From: Amphiscolops sp. MND2022 | Lineage: Eukaryota | Assembly (NCBI GenBank): GCA_964187785.1 | Contig: OZ076409.1 | Span: 4,776,001-4,840,000 of the forward strand | DNA length: 64,000 nucleotides | Direction: 5' to 3' | In this document: piece after piece, positions 12,974 through 26,899 of the stretch | Layout: each line of letters begins with the position of its first letter | Numbering within the stretch: position 1 is the first letter of the stretch | Notes under the pieces: generated by a model | Told to the model about the DNA's origin: nothing | Database searches by the model: none | Seen by the model: only the letters and a program-made list of their open reading frames with translations | Translations under genes and position numbers: made by a program

Positions 12974-13173
12974 ACGCTCAACATCGACTGGCGCCCTCTA
13001 GCGAGAGATTCCGTGTTCTACGCCATGTCGATTGTCATGTTCATAGTGTTTGCGTGGGACGGAGTTCTGGAACTGTACGAGTGTGGAATCCTCTTCTTCG
13101 GCTACTGCCTCTACGTCACAACTATGTTTGTCAACCAGCCCCTTATGCGGTTCTTCTCGTTCCTCGAATCATG
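12974..13173 (+). CDS. SLC24A: SLC24/NCKX exon (TLNIDWRPLARDSVFY...WDG...E...Y)
   Basis: WxPLxRD motif and TM helices; TTTTCAG|...|GTCAGT. Confidence 0.9.
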
Positions 13174-14421
13174 GTCAGTACTTCTGTCGTACCTCAACGA
13201 CCCGGGTTCGATCCCAGTCAAGGTCCGAGTTTTTGATTTTTTTTTGAAAAATCTCAGAACCATTTCTTCTGTCAACGGTTTTAAACAAAAATTTTTAAAT
13301 ACTGAGGATCAGCCTGATTTAAATTAATTTGTACACTTAACCTTAAATATATATTTGAGAATGTATTAGTTTTGAGCTGATATCTTATCTTAAAATTATC
13401 TTAAAATCTATGCTTCATGCTTCAACTGTTTTAGCATATGCGGGTAATTTATTTCCAAACAAATTTATGAACTTTTTTTAAAAAAAACATCAACATTAAT
13501 GACTTCGCTTCGAAGTATAATTTCCCTCACTAATGTCTAACCAAAATTCCTTCAAATTCATGTACCCCGTTTGGAAAAATGGAATCCTTGGAAAGATCTT
13601 GCAAGACTGAAGATTTTGATTGGTCTAGATAATTTCTTTTTCAGATAATATTCGGGTTCCTCAATTTTAACGAAATTTTGCGAATAAAATGTGTTGTTAT
13701 TTATTTCTCTTTTCACTTTCAAAATCTTTCACAAAATTAACACCTGTGTTAGCTTTTGTAAGTTCATTGGAACAAATCCAAAATTGAAATGGATTTTACA
13801 ATAGTGATTTTGACAGATTTTTTTGCCAATTTAAGAAAATATCGATGATTGACAAGACATTGAGAGATTATTGCAAGAACTTTCAAGTAAAATGTTTTTA
13901 TGAAACGACAAATTCTCTGTTCTGATTGGTTAAAGATTCGTAATCACACGATCGACCCAACTACACTCAAACTTTCATCTTATTCATACTGATTATGTCT
14001 CAATAGCTCGTCGTATTCAAATGCATATCAATTAAGCAATTGAATGTTTGAAAATTTTGCAACTAATAGCTAGGATAATTATCCTGTCATGAATTCGAGA
14101 ACTTGAGTAAATGTAAGTGAAATGTAAGTAAAAGTGTCTGTAAATGAAAGGTATTAAAGATTTTAAAATCTTTAATACCTTCCATTTACAGACATTGTTT
14201 AGACCATTAGAGTTCCATTTAGTTCATAAAGAATTAGTTATAAAGATCACAAATTGCCAACAAAATGCTGCTTAGTTTTCGTATAATTAGTTTTTAGGGC
14301 TTGAAGAGTTTCAGATATCTCATTGTTGAGCTTTGGTTTCTTTCATCTTCATGGCATTCCTGACATCTGGCCTATTTTCAGTAGAATATGTGCCCGAATC
14401 TTACAGTGGCTAGTTTTTTCA

Positions 14422-14717
14422 GACGCGTAAGGTCCACTTTTTGTTCATTTGTCCAACAACTCTGAAACACTCGAACCTCAGAAACGCGTCCAAAACGAAA
14501 AGAAAAAACTAAAAAGACGTCCAGAACCTCGAAAACACACTAATGATCCCATTCCGCACTTTTTTCGGCACTATGCGACTTTTTTTTGAAACTTTTTGGA
14601 TTGCATCAAGGGGTCCCCCTTCATTTGTTTCGATATTTTGCAACACCCTTTTACATTTGTCGGCACTGTGACACTGTTCAAAAATCTCATTAAAAAATTT
14701 TCCCCAAAGGGTCCCCC
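14422..14717 (+). repeat. Left copy of the 296-bp target duplication flanking the Ty3/gypsy element
   Basis: Matches 20591-20885 with 1 substitution and 1 T indel. Confidence 0.95.
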
Positions 14718-17700
14718 TGTTATACGGTTGATCCGATTGACCCCTATTGAGTCCCAACTACAAACTACCACCCAATTCTCTAGCATACCTAAGAATTGTA
14801 TACAAACAAACTCTAAATAGATTACTCTACTCTATACTCATTTTTGGATACGATTTTGAGATAGAACATACGATAAAAAGATTGGGAATAAACACATTAC
14901 TTTTATTTGTTTTCTCATATATCTTACATCAACCTTAGAATAGAACATGGCGCAGTCAGCCGATTTTTAAATTGAACAAACCCTTTTAAAACGGAAAACA
15001 ATGGCCGATAGAAATATCGTCCCAAACCTAGAAACAAAAGCCACAGACGGAAACCCGGTATTTACACCGAGACAATGGCTTGAAAGGTTCCGGCAGTTTT
15101 GTAAACGGGAACACAAAATTGACATTAACCCAATAATGAAAGGAGGAGATATTACGGATGCCGATTGGAACGGAAAAGAACAAGCCGTACAAGAAGATTT
15201 TATATGGGGAGTGGGACCGGAAGCATTATATCAAATAACTAGGGCCGAATATAAAACGGAACCCGACAGCATAAAAGTGAAAGACCTAATCCGGTTATTC
15301 ACCGAATTCTATATGCCGAAAAGAAACACTTACCACAACCGCGGACATTTCTTCTGGGCGAAGCAGACTGAAGATGAGACACCGGAAGAATTCTGGAGAC
15401 GGCTAATCGAAATCGAAAAGGAATGTAACTTCAATGCAATATCAGCCGAAGAACTGTTGATATCAAAATATATGACAGCGATCACCGATAAAAAATTACG
15501 GGACAAAATAATGAAAGAAAAAACGTTGGAACTAAAGAAAGTAATCGAACTGATAAAACAAAACACGTACGAGAAAAAGAATAAAAAGAATACAATACCG
15601 GAAGCTTTGATATCAACAAAAGAAAAACACATAATTAAAGAAGAACCGATCCAAAGAATGGAAAGATTCGGAACAAGACCGAAAAATAAAAACTTCGGGA
15701 ACCGAACATGCAGATTTTGTAATGCTTAAAACTGGACACCAATGCATAAATGCCCCGCATTAGAAGCCAACTGCAACAAATGCGGAAAGAAAGGACATTA
15801 CGCAAAAGTATGCAGACAGAAATTCAACAACAACCGAACGGTGAAAAGACTAACCGAAGAAGAAACAAACGAACCGAACGAATCAACAAGCGACTCAGAC
15901 GTAAGCATTCACCACATAAAAGAAATCAAGAAGATAAACGAAATGAACAAACACTTTACGGCAACAGTACAAATCAACGGAGTAAAGAAGGAATTCATAA
16001 TCGATACCGGATCACCCGTTACAATAATGCCCTCCGACGAAAGAATCATGAAAGCTACCGAAATTCAGAAAATAACAAATAGATACCAAGATGTGAACAA
16101 AAACGAAGTGAAATTCCGGGGAAAAATTCCGGTGAACATAGAATACGAAAACAACAAACAGCAAATGGAAATTTTAATTACCGAGAGAACAGATATAACA
16201 CCACTACTCGGAATGGACTGGATGAAGAAATTCAAACTAACAATCGGAAAAATACAATTGGCCGAGAACAACCAATCAGAACGCGAGAAAGTGTTCACAA
16301 AGTTCCCGGACCTATTTGAAAACAATGAAACAATAAAAGACACCGAAATAAAACTTCAATTGAAACCGGGACACCAACCGATAAAACAGAAAGCCAGACC
16401 GGTACCACTACATCTACAGAAAGATGTAGAACGAGAATTAGAGAGATTAATAAAATTCGGACACTTGGAAAAAGTAAACAATGTAGACGAAGATTGTTTT
16501 GTCTCTCCGGTGGTGATAACCGTAAAAAGTGATAAGTCGGTAAAAATAGCACTGGACTCACGGAAACTAAATGATAGTTGTATCAAGATGAGATCACATA
16601 TGCCGAACATGGAGGAATTACTAAACCAGATTTCGATTGAAATTACCCGTGACCGTACAGCACAGTTATTCATGTCAAAAATTGATTTGGACTACGCATA
16701 CGGACAAATGAAATTATCAGATGAAACCAGCCGACAGTGCGTATTCGCATTAACTGGAGGAAATTTCAGCGGATACTATCGATTTAAAAAGGGATTTTAC
16801 GGATTGGCCGATATCCCCACGATATTTCAAGAAAAGATTGACCGGACACTCGAATACTGTACACCGGCTTGGCTAGACGACATAATCGTGGTAACTCGCG
16901 GAAACAAACAGGACCACGAAGGAAAATTATTCGACATTTTGAATAAATTAGAGAAAGCCGGATATAGAGCGAGTAAAAGAAAGTCCGAATTCTTTTTGAA
17001 CCGAACAAAATGGCTGGGACACGAAATAGATGAGAACGGAATTAAACCGAACGAAGAAAAAATCGAAGCGATACAAAAATTAAATCCACCGAAAAACACA
17101 AAAGAATTAAAATCATTTCTCGGAGCAATACAATATATGGCGAAATTCCTACCGAAACTTTCGGAACGGATAGACCGACTGAGGAAACTTCTGAAAAAAA
17201 TGAACCATGGAATTGGGAAGAAGAAAAACAAAAAGACTTTGAAAAAATAAAACAAATGTTAACCGAAGGACCATGCCTGGCCCATTACGCGAAAGATAAA
17301 GACAATATAGTGACAACAGATGCAAGCACTACCGGTCTCGGAATAACACTTTGGCAAAAACAAGACGACGGAAACACGAAACCGATAGCATACGGTAGTA
17401 GATATTTGAATGAAACCGAAAAGAAATATTCAATCGGTGAATTGGAATTACTAGCGGTAGTATGGGGATTAGAGAAATTCCGATTTTATTTATACGGAAA
17501 GAAAGTATATCTATATACGGATCATCAAGCATTGGAACCACTGAATAAACGAAACCGGTGTAACAAACAATATAGCGCAAGATTAACACGGTGGTTAGAC
17601 CGATTAACACACTTCGACATTTCAATACAACATATCGCCGGCAGCAATTTGAAATTCACCGATTATCTCAGCAGAAATCCGGTAGGGGGAGCAGCACCGG

Positions 17701-20590
17701 AAGAAAATTACGAAGAAGAATACGTAATTAACATATTAACCGAGCACGCCAAATTAAACTTGGAACACGGAAGACTATTCGTCGACCAATCAAAACACGA
17801 TAAACGCAAAACCGAATTACGCAGTGACGCAACCGAAACAAAAGATGAGCGCAACGAAAACCAATCACAAACGAATAGAATATTCGAGAACATAAACAGC
17901 GTGAACAAAACCGAACTCAACAAACCATCTACATCCGGGCAGTCCGAAATTAGCACTTCAAAATCAAGTTACCATTCGTTACAGCAGAACACTGAGAAAA
18001 TGGATAGAGAAAACTTTTATCACTGGGGAGCCACCCGTGAAATCATGAACATTATCAGACGCCGCAACAACAGTCCGGAAACCAAAAGATTGATAGATCA
18101 ACGAAATGCACTATCCCGGCCAGGAACCTTGAGACGCCGGTATGATCATCAAACACAGCGGACAGTATTCGCACCCTCCCGTCCCAACAAAAGAAGCCGC
18201 GAAGAAATTGCAGAAATTGACGCGGAAATCATGAGACGCGCAAATAGACTGGGAGGAGGATACCAACCATTACAGGAAGAACCGGAAGATAATACGGAAG
18301 AGGGCGAAATTAACCAGGAACCAGAAGACACCGAGGAATACAGCGTACTGCTACGCGAAGATAACTTGCCAATAGTAGATCTAAGCAAGTACAACACTGA
18401 CGGGAAGGAGGCAAAATACATCCAGATCAACCACATCGTGGGGAAACTGACAGCTAACAAGAAGATCACGGAGGAGAACATCAAAAAAGCCGAATTCGAG
18501 TTCATGCTGGACTTGAAAACCCTCATCTCAAAGACCGCGACAGACCCTGAACTCACTCATGTACGGAATAGCATGAGACGCGAAGACCGTGAAATCACCC
18601 CGGATGGTTATAAACCGGTTTTCGACAAACTATCAATCAGATGGGGGCTGGTATTTGTGGACGATCAAATAGTGATACCAATTGATCTCCGAAGAAGACT
18701 TTTGGATATTCTCCACTTCGGCCACGCCGGAATGACAAAGATGGAAACCGAGGCCAAAATATTCTGGTGGCCGACAAAGAAGTCCGACATCGAAATGAAA
18801 GTTAAAGACTGCACTGCATGCCTTGCCTCAGGTAAAAATCTCAAATATCAATTACCGAGTAAACACTACGGAAAACTAGGAAAATTAACCGAACCGGGAC
18901 AAGAAATACAAATCGATTTCACCGGATAACTACACAATCAAAAAATACACGGAGACGTACAAATACTAATTGCGGTAGATAGATTCAGTAAATGGCCTAC
19001 CGTAAAAATTTGTAAAACTGCCGAAACAAAAGAAGTGATACAGTTTTTAACAAGTAATTTTAATTTATACGGAATACCGGAGAAAATTAAATCGGATAAA
19101 GGAGGCGCCTTTATCTCAAAAGAATACCGGCAATTTTGCAAAAACCGGAACATAGAAATCGAATATTGTACACCCCGGATACATACGGGAAATGGAGCGG
19201 TGGAACGAGCAATACAGACACTAAAAAATCTAGTGTTAACAAACATGGAAGACGGTAAAAACCTTACCGAAAGTGTAAACCGAGCACTCCGAGTAATGCG
19301 ATTTACCGTACACACCGGACTTAAGAAAACACCATTTGAATTACATCACGGAAGAAAGCCGAGAACCGAATTAACAAACATTGTTAAAGAAGGTAAAACC
19401 TTCCTATCTGATTGGTCAGAACTATCTATTTCAGCACCAATAAGACCGAAGATCCCCATCTACGTGGGTCGAGACGGAGAAGGCGAAATAACAAACCATA
19501 TCATTATGGCACGAAACAAAACGGAAGAGAAGAGACTAGCAGAGGGACCGAAATCACCGAAAAAGAAACATTCGGTTAGCTATCCTTTTAAATTTCGAGA
19601 AAAGAACCATAACAAAAAATCCCTAGAAGGAAAATTTCAAAAGAAAATACAAACCGCAATAAGCGGAACCGAAAACACCGTGAAAACGGATACCGGAAAA
19701 ACCATCAGCCGAAAATTTATTTCGGGCCCATTATTTCAGAATGAAAAAAAGACAAGACGAGAACCGGCACCAATGACAAGCGGTGAAATCTTACCGAAGA
19801 ATAGACACTGCCTCCGTGGACTAGACGGGAAGTATGGCCGCTGGGACGAAATCCTACGGGACATACAAAATGGAAAACTAAAAATAGTACAAAACAGAAA
19901 GATCGACAGCGAGACAGAAGACGAGGATGATGATGAGGACGAAGAAATGCCGGAGGAGACCGGAAACATCACATATGATACATCCGAGCGAAACGGAAGA
20001 TATGCTCCGATACAAACGAATCCGGAAGACGAAGCAATACAAATTCACACCGAGGATGAAATTTCTGGTGAGAATTTAGAACATAACATACGGCGTTCAA
20101 ACCGAAAAACAAATAAACCGAATAGATACGGTGGTTTATCATATACAGGAAACTTTTGGGGATAAACAGAAAATTAATTTTATGTTTTACAGGAAATCCC
20201 TGGAACAGAAGAAAAGAGACGCCACAACCGGAAGTGATCCAAAAGCCGGCAGACTTCCTACAACAGGATCTGGAGACGACACCAATCCGACCATCAACAT
20301 CGGCATCAAAGAACCCTTCCGACAATTAGAAGAGAACCAAAAAGAGGAGAGAGGGGGAAATGTTATACGGTTGATCCGATTGACCCCTATTGAGTCCCAA
20401 CTACAAACTACCACCCAATTGTCTAGCATACCTAAGAGTTGTATACAAACAAACTCTAAATAGATTACTCTACTCTATACTCATTTTTGGATACGATTTT
20501 GAGATAGAACATACGATAAAAAGATTGGGAATAAACACATTACTTTTATTTGTTTTCTCATATATCTTACATCAACCTTAGAATAGAACA
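14718..20590 (+). mobile_element. Full-length Ty3/gypsy LTR retrotransposon
   Basis: 230-bp LTRs 14718-14947 and 20361-20590 (TG...CA, 2 differences). PBS TGGCGCAGTC at 14948 (tRNA-Ser-like). PPT AAAGAGGAGAGAGGGGGAAA before 20361. Domain order gag-PR-RT-RH-INT. Confidence 0.97.
15001..20165 (+). pseudogene. gag-pol polyprotein, disrupted (TAA 15727-15729, frameshift in the A-run near 17195, TAA 18927-18929)
   Basis: Zn knuckle CNKCGKKGHYAKVC; protease IDTGS; RT IDLDYAYGQ...WLDD; RNase H TDAS...ELELLA...YTDH; integrase HHCC, IDF and SDKG...E. Confidence 0.93.
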
Positions 20591-20885
20591 GACGCATAAG
20601 GTCCACTTTTTGTTCATTTGTCCAACAACTCTGAAACACTCGAACCTCAGAAACGCGTCCAAAACGAAAAGAAAAAACTAAAAAGACGTCCAGAACCTCG
20701 AAAACACACTAATGATCCCATTCCGCACTTTTTTCGGCACTATGCGACTTTTTTTGAAACTTTTTGGATTGCATCAAGGGGTCCCCCTTCATTTGTTTCG
20801 ATATTTTGCAACACCCTTTTACATTTGTCGGCACTGTGACACTGTTCAAAAATCTCATTAAAAAATTTTCCCCAAAGGGTCCCCC
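20591..20885 (+). repeat. Right copy of the target duplication
   Basis: Begins immediately after the 3' LTR terminal CA. Confidence 0.95.
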
Positions 20886-22309
20886 CTTCATTTTTTTCCA
20901 TATTTTGCAATCAGCTGGAGTTTCATGAAGCTCAAAGGGTCCCCCTTTTACAATTTTGAGCCTTAGATATAGCGCCGACTTTGGCCGTTCTCGGTTTGTT
21001 TTATCTTCCAAGGCCTATTTCTCCGTTAGCAGTTTTTTCTCCGAACCTACTTCGGTTTGCTTTTTCCAAGACTTTGGGCTACATTTTAGTTGAATTGTTT
21101 ACTACAATTAGTTCTGGAATTCTGTTTCCAGAAAAGTCCTGGCTACAATTGGCTTTTTGTCGAAAGTTTTTTAAAAATCGTTGAAGCTTCGGACATTTTT
21201 TGTCGGAATTTCTTACCCCTTCCCTCTTTTTCTGGTTCCCTACCACAAGCAGCGCTTCCGCACGATTCCGGCGTTTCGTTTTGCCAGAAAATCCTGCAAA
21301 GCCGCTGAGACAGAAAGGCCAAATTATGTTAACCTTGATAAGACACGAATGTGAACTTTTAAGACAGTAAAAGTTTCAAAATTAATCATTTCTTTCAAAA
21401 AAACTTTCGACCGATTGGTGCATGGAATAGAAAGTTTGCTGAGGCGGCCTCTAGGCATTATATCAATTCAGCGGTCTCACTGAAGGTGTGAATGTCTCAT
21501 TGTCTAATTGCAGCTCGAGTGGAAGCGCAACGTGAGTTGCGTCTATGCTTTCACGACTAAGTTTTATGGAATAATTTATCTCAAATGATGTGTTCGGAAA
21601 CTTTAAAAGGACAAATTCGACGTCAATTAGAACTAGCTGCGAATAGTCCTTGTTTTTGAAAGTTTCCTTAAAAATAAGATGTGATAAATAAACTCCAAAC
21701 TAAACATTAAAAAAAACTATTATGGTGAAATGTTAATTCACAGCCGCTATCTTGCCAAGCGATATCGCCTTAATTTACAAACCTATACACACTTTGTTCT
21801 ACCTACCATCAGCTACCATCAACAGCGTTTCAAAAAAGTTAATCTACTGGATAATATGAAAACTGTTGACATTTTCCCTATTATTTCCGTCTCCACAACT
21901 CATTGTGCAGGGGAGGAAAATAACTATCTGTGTAGCGTTTTTTCCGAATTCTGCAAAATATCCACTCTACTACTCCATTTAAAATATGGATACTTTAGTC
22001 ACAGTGGCTCAATTCGTAGTGCGTCCGAGTGGGTTCGAATCCGTGTTGCAGCCTGAAATGTTTGTGTCTCGGTGCTTAGCGGTCGTCATGGTAACTTTTG
22101 ATCCGTGCTATAAAAATCAGGTACTGTCCAGCAACAACTTCTGTCGCATAAAATGCTCCGTGATTTTAATTCTTGAACAATTCTACAGATCTAAACACCA
22201 GGTAAAGCAAATATGCATAAGGAGTTCCAAACTCGCAATTTGAAGTAAAATATTTCTATTGCCTTCGTCCTGACAAGATCCAACTAATTTCAAAAACAAT
22301 ATTTTACCA

Positions 22310-23836
22310 TTTGCAAATCAAATTCAACATTCTGAACATTCAAATTCAACGTGAATTCTTTCAATTTCAACACATGGATAGTCAAGTTCAACATGAAAGC
22401 TTTCGAATTCAATCTGGAATTTTTTCATGTTTGCTCACATTCAAGTTCAACATATCATCTTCAAATTCAACACATCCAAAGCTAGTTGAAATAATTGAAG
22501 AAAACCTTTCCTAATGCCCCGAGAAAGATATCAAGAAGTGTCGGCAGATGACTCATAGTTTTATACGCTCATATAGAAATAGAATTTTCCGGCGTTGTTG
22601 AAACTAATTTCTGCTTAGGATTTTAATATTTTAGGATGGCGAAGATTTTGTCCAATTGGCCCGAGTTATGAGAGTGAACAGAACGACTGCTACCTACTCT
22701 ATTGTAAACGTTGACTATTTGGGAAAACCATGTGGAGGACCTCACAATGTCAAATTCGACGACGAAATGCAGTTGAAAGTCCAGGAATTTCTGGAAGATA
22801 ACGTGCATTTGACAATACGCGTTCTAAAAGCAACACTCAGACTCGAACTTCCAAATAAACCTAATGTTCATGATAAAACTGTCTCAAATGCTACTGAAGG
22901 GCTGCCTTTCAACTGAAAATTGCAAGAGAATATCCGCAGGATAGAAACAGTGCCGAAACTAAAGCATGGCGAAAAGAGTATTGGGAGTGGTTGAAAAGTG
23001 CTGAAGTATTGAATGCGATGAAAATTTATATTGATGAGTTCGGTTGTAATATTCACATAAAAAGAACTTTTGGACGCTCAAAGAAAAGTGAGAGGGCTCA
23101 TAGAAAAATCACTTCTCAAAGCGGGGGAAACATTACTGTTTGTGCTGCCATTTGTGTTGAGCTCGGAATGGTATATTATCAAATGTATTCAAGAGGGATG
23201 AAAAAGGACCTGTTTGTGAAGTGTTTGGAAGATGATAGCGCTAACGTGATTGCTGAATTCGGGACCATCACTGTTTGCGCTTTTCCCATTTTCGATAACG
23301 CTCCAAGTCATCAGAATATAGAGGAAGGAACTGCTATAGGCACTCTTCCAACCAAACGTTTGCCCAAATTTTCTCCATTTCTGAATCCATTTGAAAATGC
23401 ATTTTCTGCTTGGAAAGCGGCACTGAAGGCTCTCTTGTCCGCAAATCAACGTGTGTTTTCATCGCTCAATGAAAACGGACGAGAAAATTGGACAAACCTT
23501 GTGTAATTTCCATTTCCACAGAATGAAGGAGTTCATTGAAGAGAGTTCTCGCACTGTTACATCTTTTAAATGCTCTCAATGGCAAAACTTTACCACAACT
23601 TTTCATTCGAAATGCTTAACAATGCAAACAATTGACTGAATATGAACACAAATATCACTGTTCAGTAATTTGGCGAACTTGACTTTCTTCTGTTTAATTT
23701 GATTCTCACATTACTTATATGTGTTAAATTTGAAATTCTACCTGTCGAACTTGAATGTTCGTTAACGTATAAGTTGTTCAACTCGAATGTTACATTGTTG
23801 AATTTGAATGTTCGGATGTTGAATTTGATTTGCAAA
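22310..23836 (+). mobile_element. Degenerate Tc1/mariner/IS630-superfamily DNA transposon, copy 1
   Basis: Imperfect TIRs TTTGCAAATCAAATTCAACA...; transposase fragments IYIDEFG, FDNAPSH, LPKFSPFLNPFE; stops and frameshifts. Confidence 0.85.
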
Positions 23837-24166
23837 AACATAATAACTCGTATACAGCACAATTTTCATGTTATGGGGGTTACACAAAGGAACCATGATG
23901 TTACTTTTCAAATGGAAAAAACATAAAAGTTGGTCAGAATCAAAATCGACACTCTTTCTGAAAAGACTTGAACGAATTATGGTACGAATTCTGACAGAAA
24001 TCACGTGTAACGCCGGATATAGCGCAGTTCTCATCGAAAAAGTTTATATATCCGAAAGCGGTACTTTTAGACTATAATTAGAACAGATACGGAAATGCGG
24101 CGTAAAATATTTCTATTGCCTTCGTCCTGACAAGATCCAACTAATTTCAAAAACAATATTTTACCA

Positions 24167-25691
24167 TTTGCAAATCAAATTCAACATTCTGAACATTCAA
24201 GTTCAACGTGAATACTTTCATTTTCAACACATGGATAGTCAAGTTCAACATGAAAGCTTTCAACTTCAATCTGGAATTTTTTCATGTTTGCTCACAATCA
24301 AGTTCAACATATCATCTCAAATTCAACACATCCGAAGCTAGTTGAAATAATTGAAGAAAACCTTTCCTAATGCCCCGAGAAAGATATCAAGAAGTGTCGG
24401 CAGATGACTCATAGTTTTATACGCTCAAATAGAAATAGAAACTTCCGGCGTTGTTGAGACTAATTTCTGCTTAGGATTTTAATATTTTAAGATGGCGAAG
24501 ATTTTGTCCAATTGGCCCGAGTTATGAGAGTGAACAGAACGACTGCTACCTACTCTATTGTACACGTTGACTATTTGGGAAAACCATGTGGAGGACCTCA
24601 CAATGTCAAATTCGACGACGAAATGCAGTTGAAAGTCCAGGAATTTCTGGAAGATAACGTGCATTTGACAATACGCGTTCTAAAAGCAACACTCAGACTC
24701 GAACTTCCAAATAAACCTAATGTTCATGATAAAACTGTCTCAAATGCTACTGAAGGGCTGCCTTTCAACTGAAAATTGCAAGAGATTATCCGCAGGATAG
24801 AAACAGTGCCGAAACTAAAGCATGGCGAAAAGAGTATTGCGAGTGGTTGAAAAGTGCTGAAGTAGTGAATGCGATGAAAATTTATATTGATGAGTTCGGT
24901 TGTAATATTCACATAAAAAGAACTTTTGGACGCTCAAAGAAAAGTGAGAGGGCTCATAGAAAAATCGCTTCTCAAAGCGGGGAAACATTATTGTTTGTGC
25001 TGCCATTTGTGTTGAGCTCGGAATGGTATATTATCAAATGTACTCAAGAGGGATGAAAAAGGACCTGTTTGTGAAGTGTTTGGAAGATGATAGCGCTAAC
25101 GTGATTGCTGAAGTCGGGACCATCACTGTTTGCGCTTTTCCCATTTTCGATAACGCTCCAAGTCATCAGAATATAGAGGAAGGAACTGCTATAGGCACTC
25201 TTCCAACCAAACGTTTGCCCAAATATTCTCCATTTCTGAATCCATTTGAAAATGCATTTTCTGCTTGGAAAGCGTCACTGAAGGCTCTCTTGTCCGCAAA
25301 TCAACATGTGTTTTTATCGCCCAATGAAAACGGACGAGAAAATTGGACAAACCTTGTGTAATTTCCATTTCCACAGAATGAAGGAGTTCATTGAAGAGAG
25401 TTCTCGCACTGTTACATCTTTTAAATGCTCTCAATGGCAAAACTTTACCACAACTTTTCATTCGAAATGCTTAACAATGCAAACAATTGACTGAATATGA
25501 ACACAAATATCACTGTTCACTAATTTGGCGAACTTGACTTTCTTCTGTTTAATTTGATTCTCACATTACTTATATGTGTTGAATTTGAAATTCTACCTGT
25601 CGAACTTGAATGTTCGTTAACGTATAAGCTGTTCAACTCGAATGTTACATTGTTGAATTTGAATGTTCGGATGTTGAATTTGATTTGCAAA
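24167..25691 (+). mobile_element. Same transposon, copy 2 (part of a tandem duplication)
   Basis: Near-identical to copy 1, with an extra frameshift near 24980. Confidence 0.85.
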
Positions 25692-26899
25692 AACATAATA
25701 ACTCGTATACAGCACAATTTTCATGTTATGGGGTTACACAAAGGAACCATGATGTTACTTTTCAAATGGAAAAGGAATAAAAATTGGTCAGAATCAAAAC
25801 CGACACTCTTTCTGAAAAGACTTGAACGAATTATGGTACGAATTCTGACAGAAATCACGTGTAACGCCGGATATAGCGCAGTTTTCATCGAAAAATTTTA
25901 TATATCCGAAAGCGGTACTTTTATACTATAATTAGAACAGATACGGAAATGCGGCGTAGGTTAAATGGGAGTCCCGCCTTTGTGGACTAAGTATCAAATA
26001 ATATAAAAAATATATTAAAATACCAAAAATACAATGCCAAAAAAAACACGATAAGAAGAAACATTTACGGTGTAAAAACGTTTTCCACCAATTTTATCCA
26101 AAAATTGTAATTGTTGAAGAAAAATATATATAACAAGACGACCGCTAAGCACAGGGATATTTTCCGCGAAACGCTTATTGCAAAAAAGTATGGCGAAGGA
26201 GAGGTTCGAACCGAAGACCTACTGGCTGGGAAACAAAAACATCAAGCACCAGCCTTGGTTCGAACCCAGTGCCTACAACCTGACTGAGCCTACATGGAGT
26301 GGAGATAAAGTGGAGTTTTGGCAGAATTTGTAAAACAAAACGCATCACAGATCATTTATGTGGGCGGAAAATAATAAACTGGAAACAATCTTCAATAGCG
26401 GTTGTTGAAACTTCCTGTTACCATAATTCATCATGTAGTCATCTTTTCTGACGGTCATTTGTGGAATTACGTTTTGTGATATGTGGTGTCACTTTGCATA
26501 AAAATCATTCCACAAAAATGCTCTCACTGCCTTGTTTGATTTCTCAGTTAGAAAAAACCCTTTTGAGCTCAAGAGATCCGCCTTTGGAGTTTTTTGGCAC
26601 AATGTGATTCTTTTCAAAATTTGTTTTTTACTTTTTCTTTTTGGTTTCTCCGCACTTTCAGGTTGGATTTTTTTCGGAATTATGAGCTTCAATTTTTTAA
26701 ACAAATAGTTCCTCAATGATTTGTAGTACTTTGCCGGCGGCCGGTTTTGAATTCTTATTCATTTAATGACGCTGATGACAATTGAATGGGTACATTCTTT
26801 TTTATTGTAATCGAATCGAAAAGAATACGACAGAAAAACACAAAACAACACTTTTACGAAATCTTTTACGACCATTATCGTTTTCTTCGTAACACGTAA

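Larger units (their letters stand above)
14366..21000 (+). mobile_element. HINE-like repeat copy interrupted by the Ty3/gypsy element (target partly duplicated)
   Basis: Colinear with the reverse complement of 55659-56198 once the insertion and one duplicate are removed. Confidence 0.7.
22245..25955. repeat. Head-to-tail tandem duplication, about 1.86-kb unit (22245-24101; 24102-25955)
   Basis: Direct alignment; GTA microhomology at the junctions. Confidence 0.92.

Noticed and set aside
15330..20325. Minus-strand ORFs across the Ty3/gypsy element
   Set aside because: Antisense shadows of the A-rich gag-pol frame.
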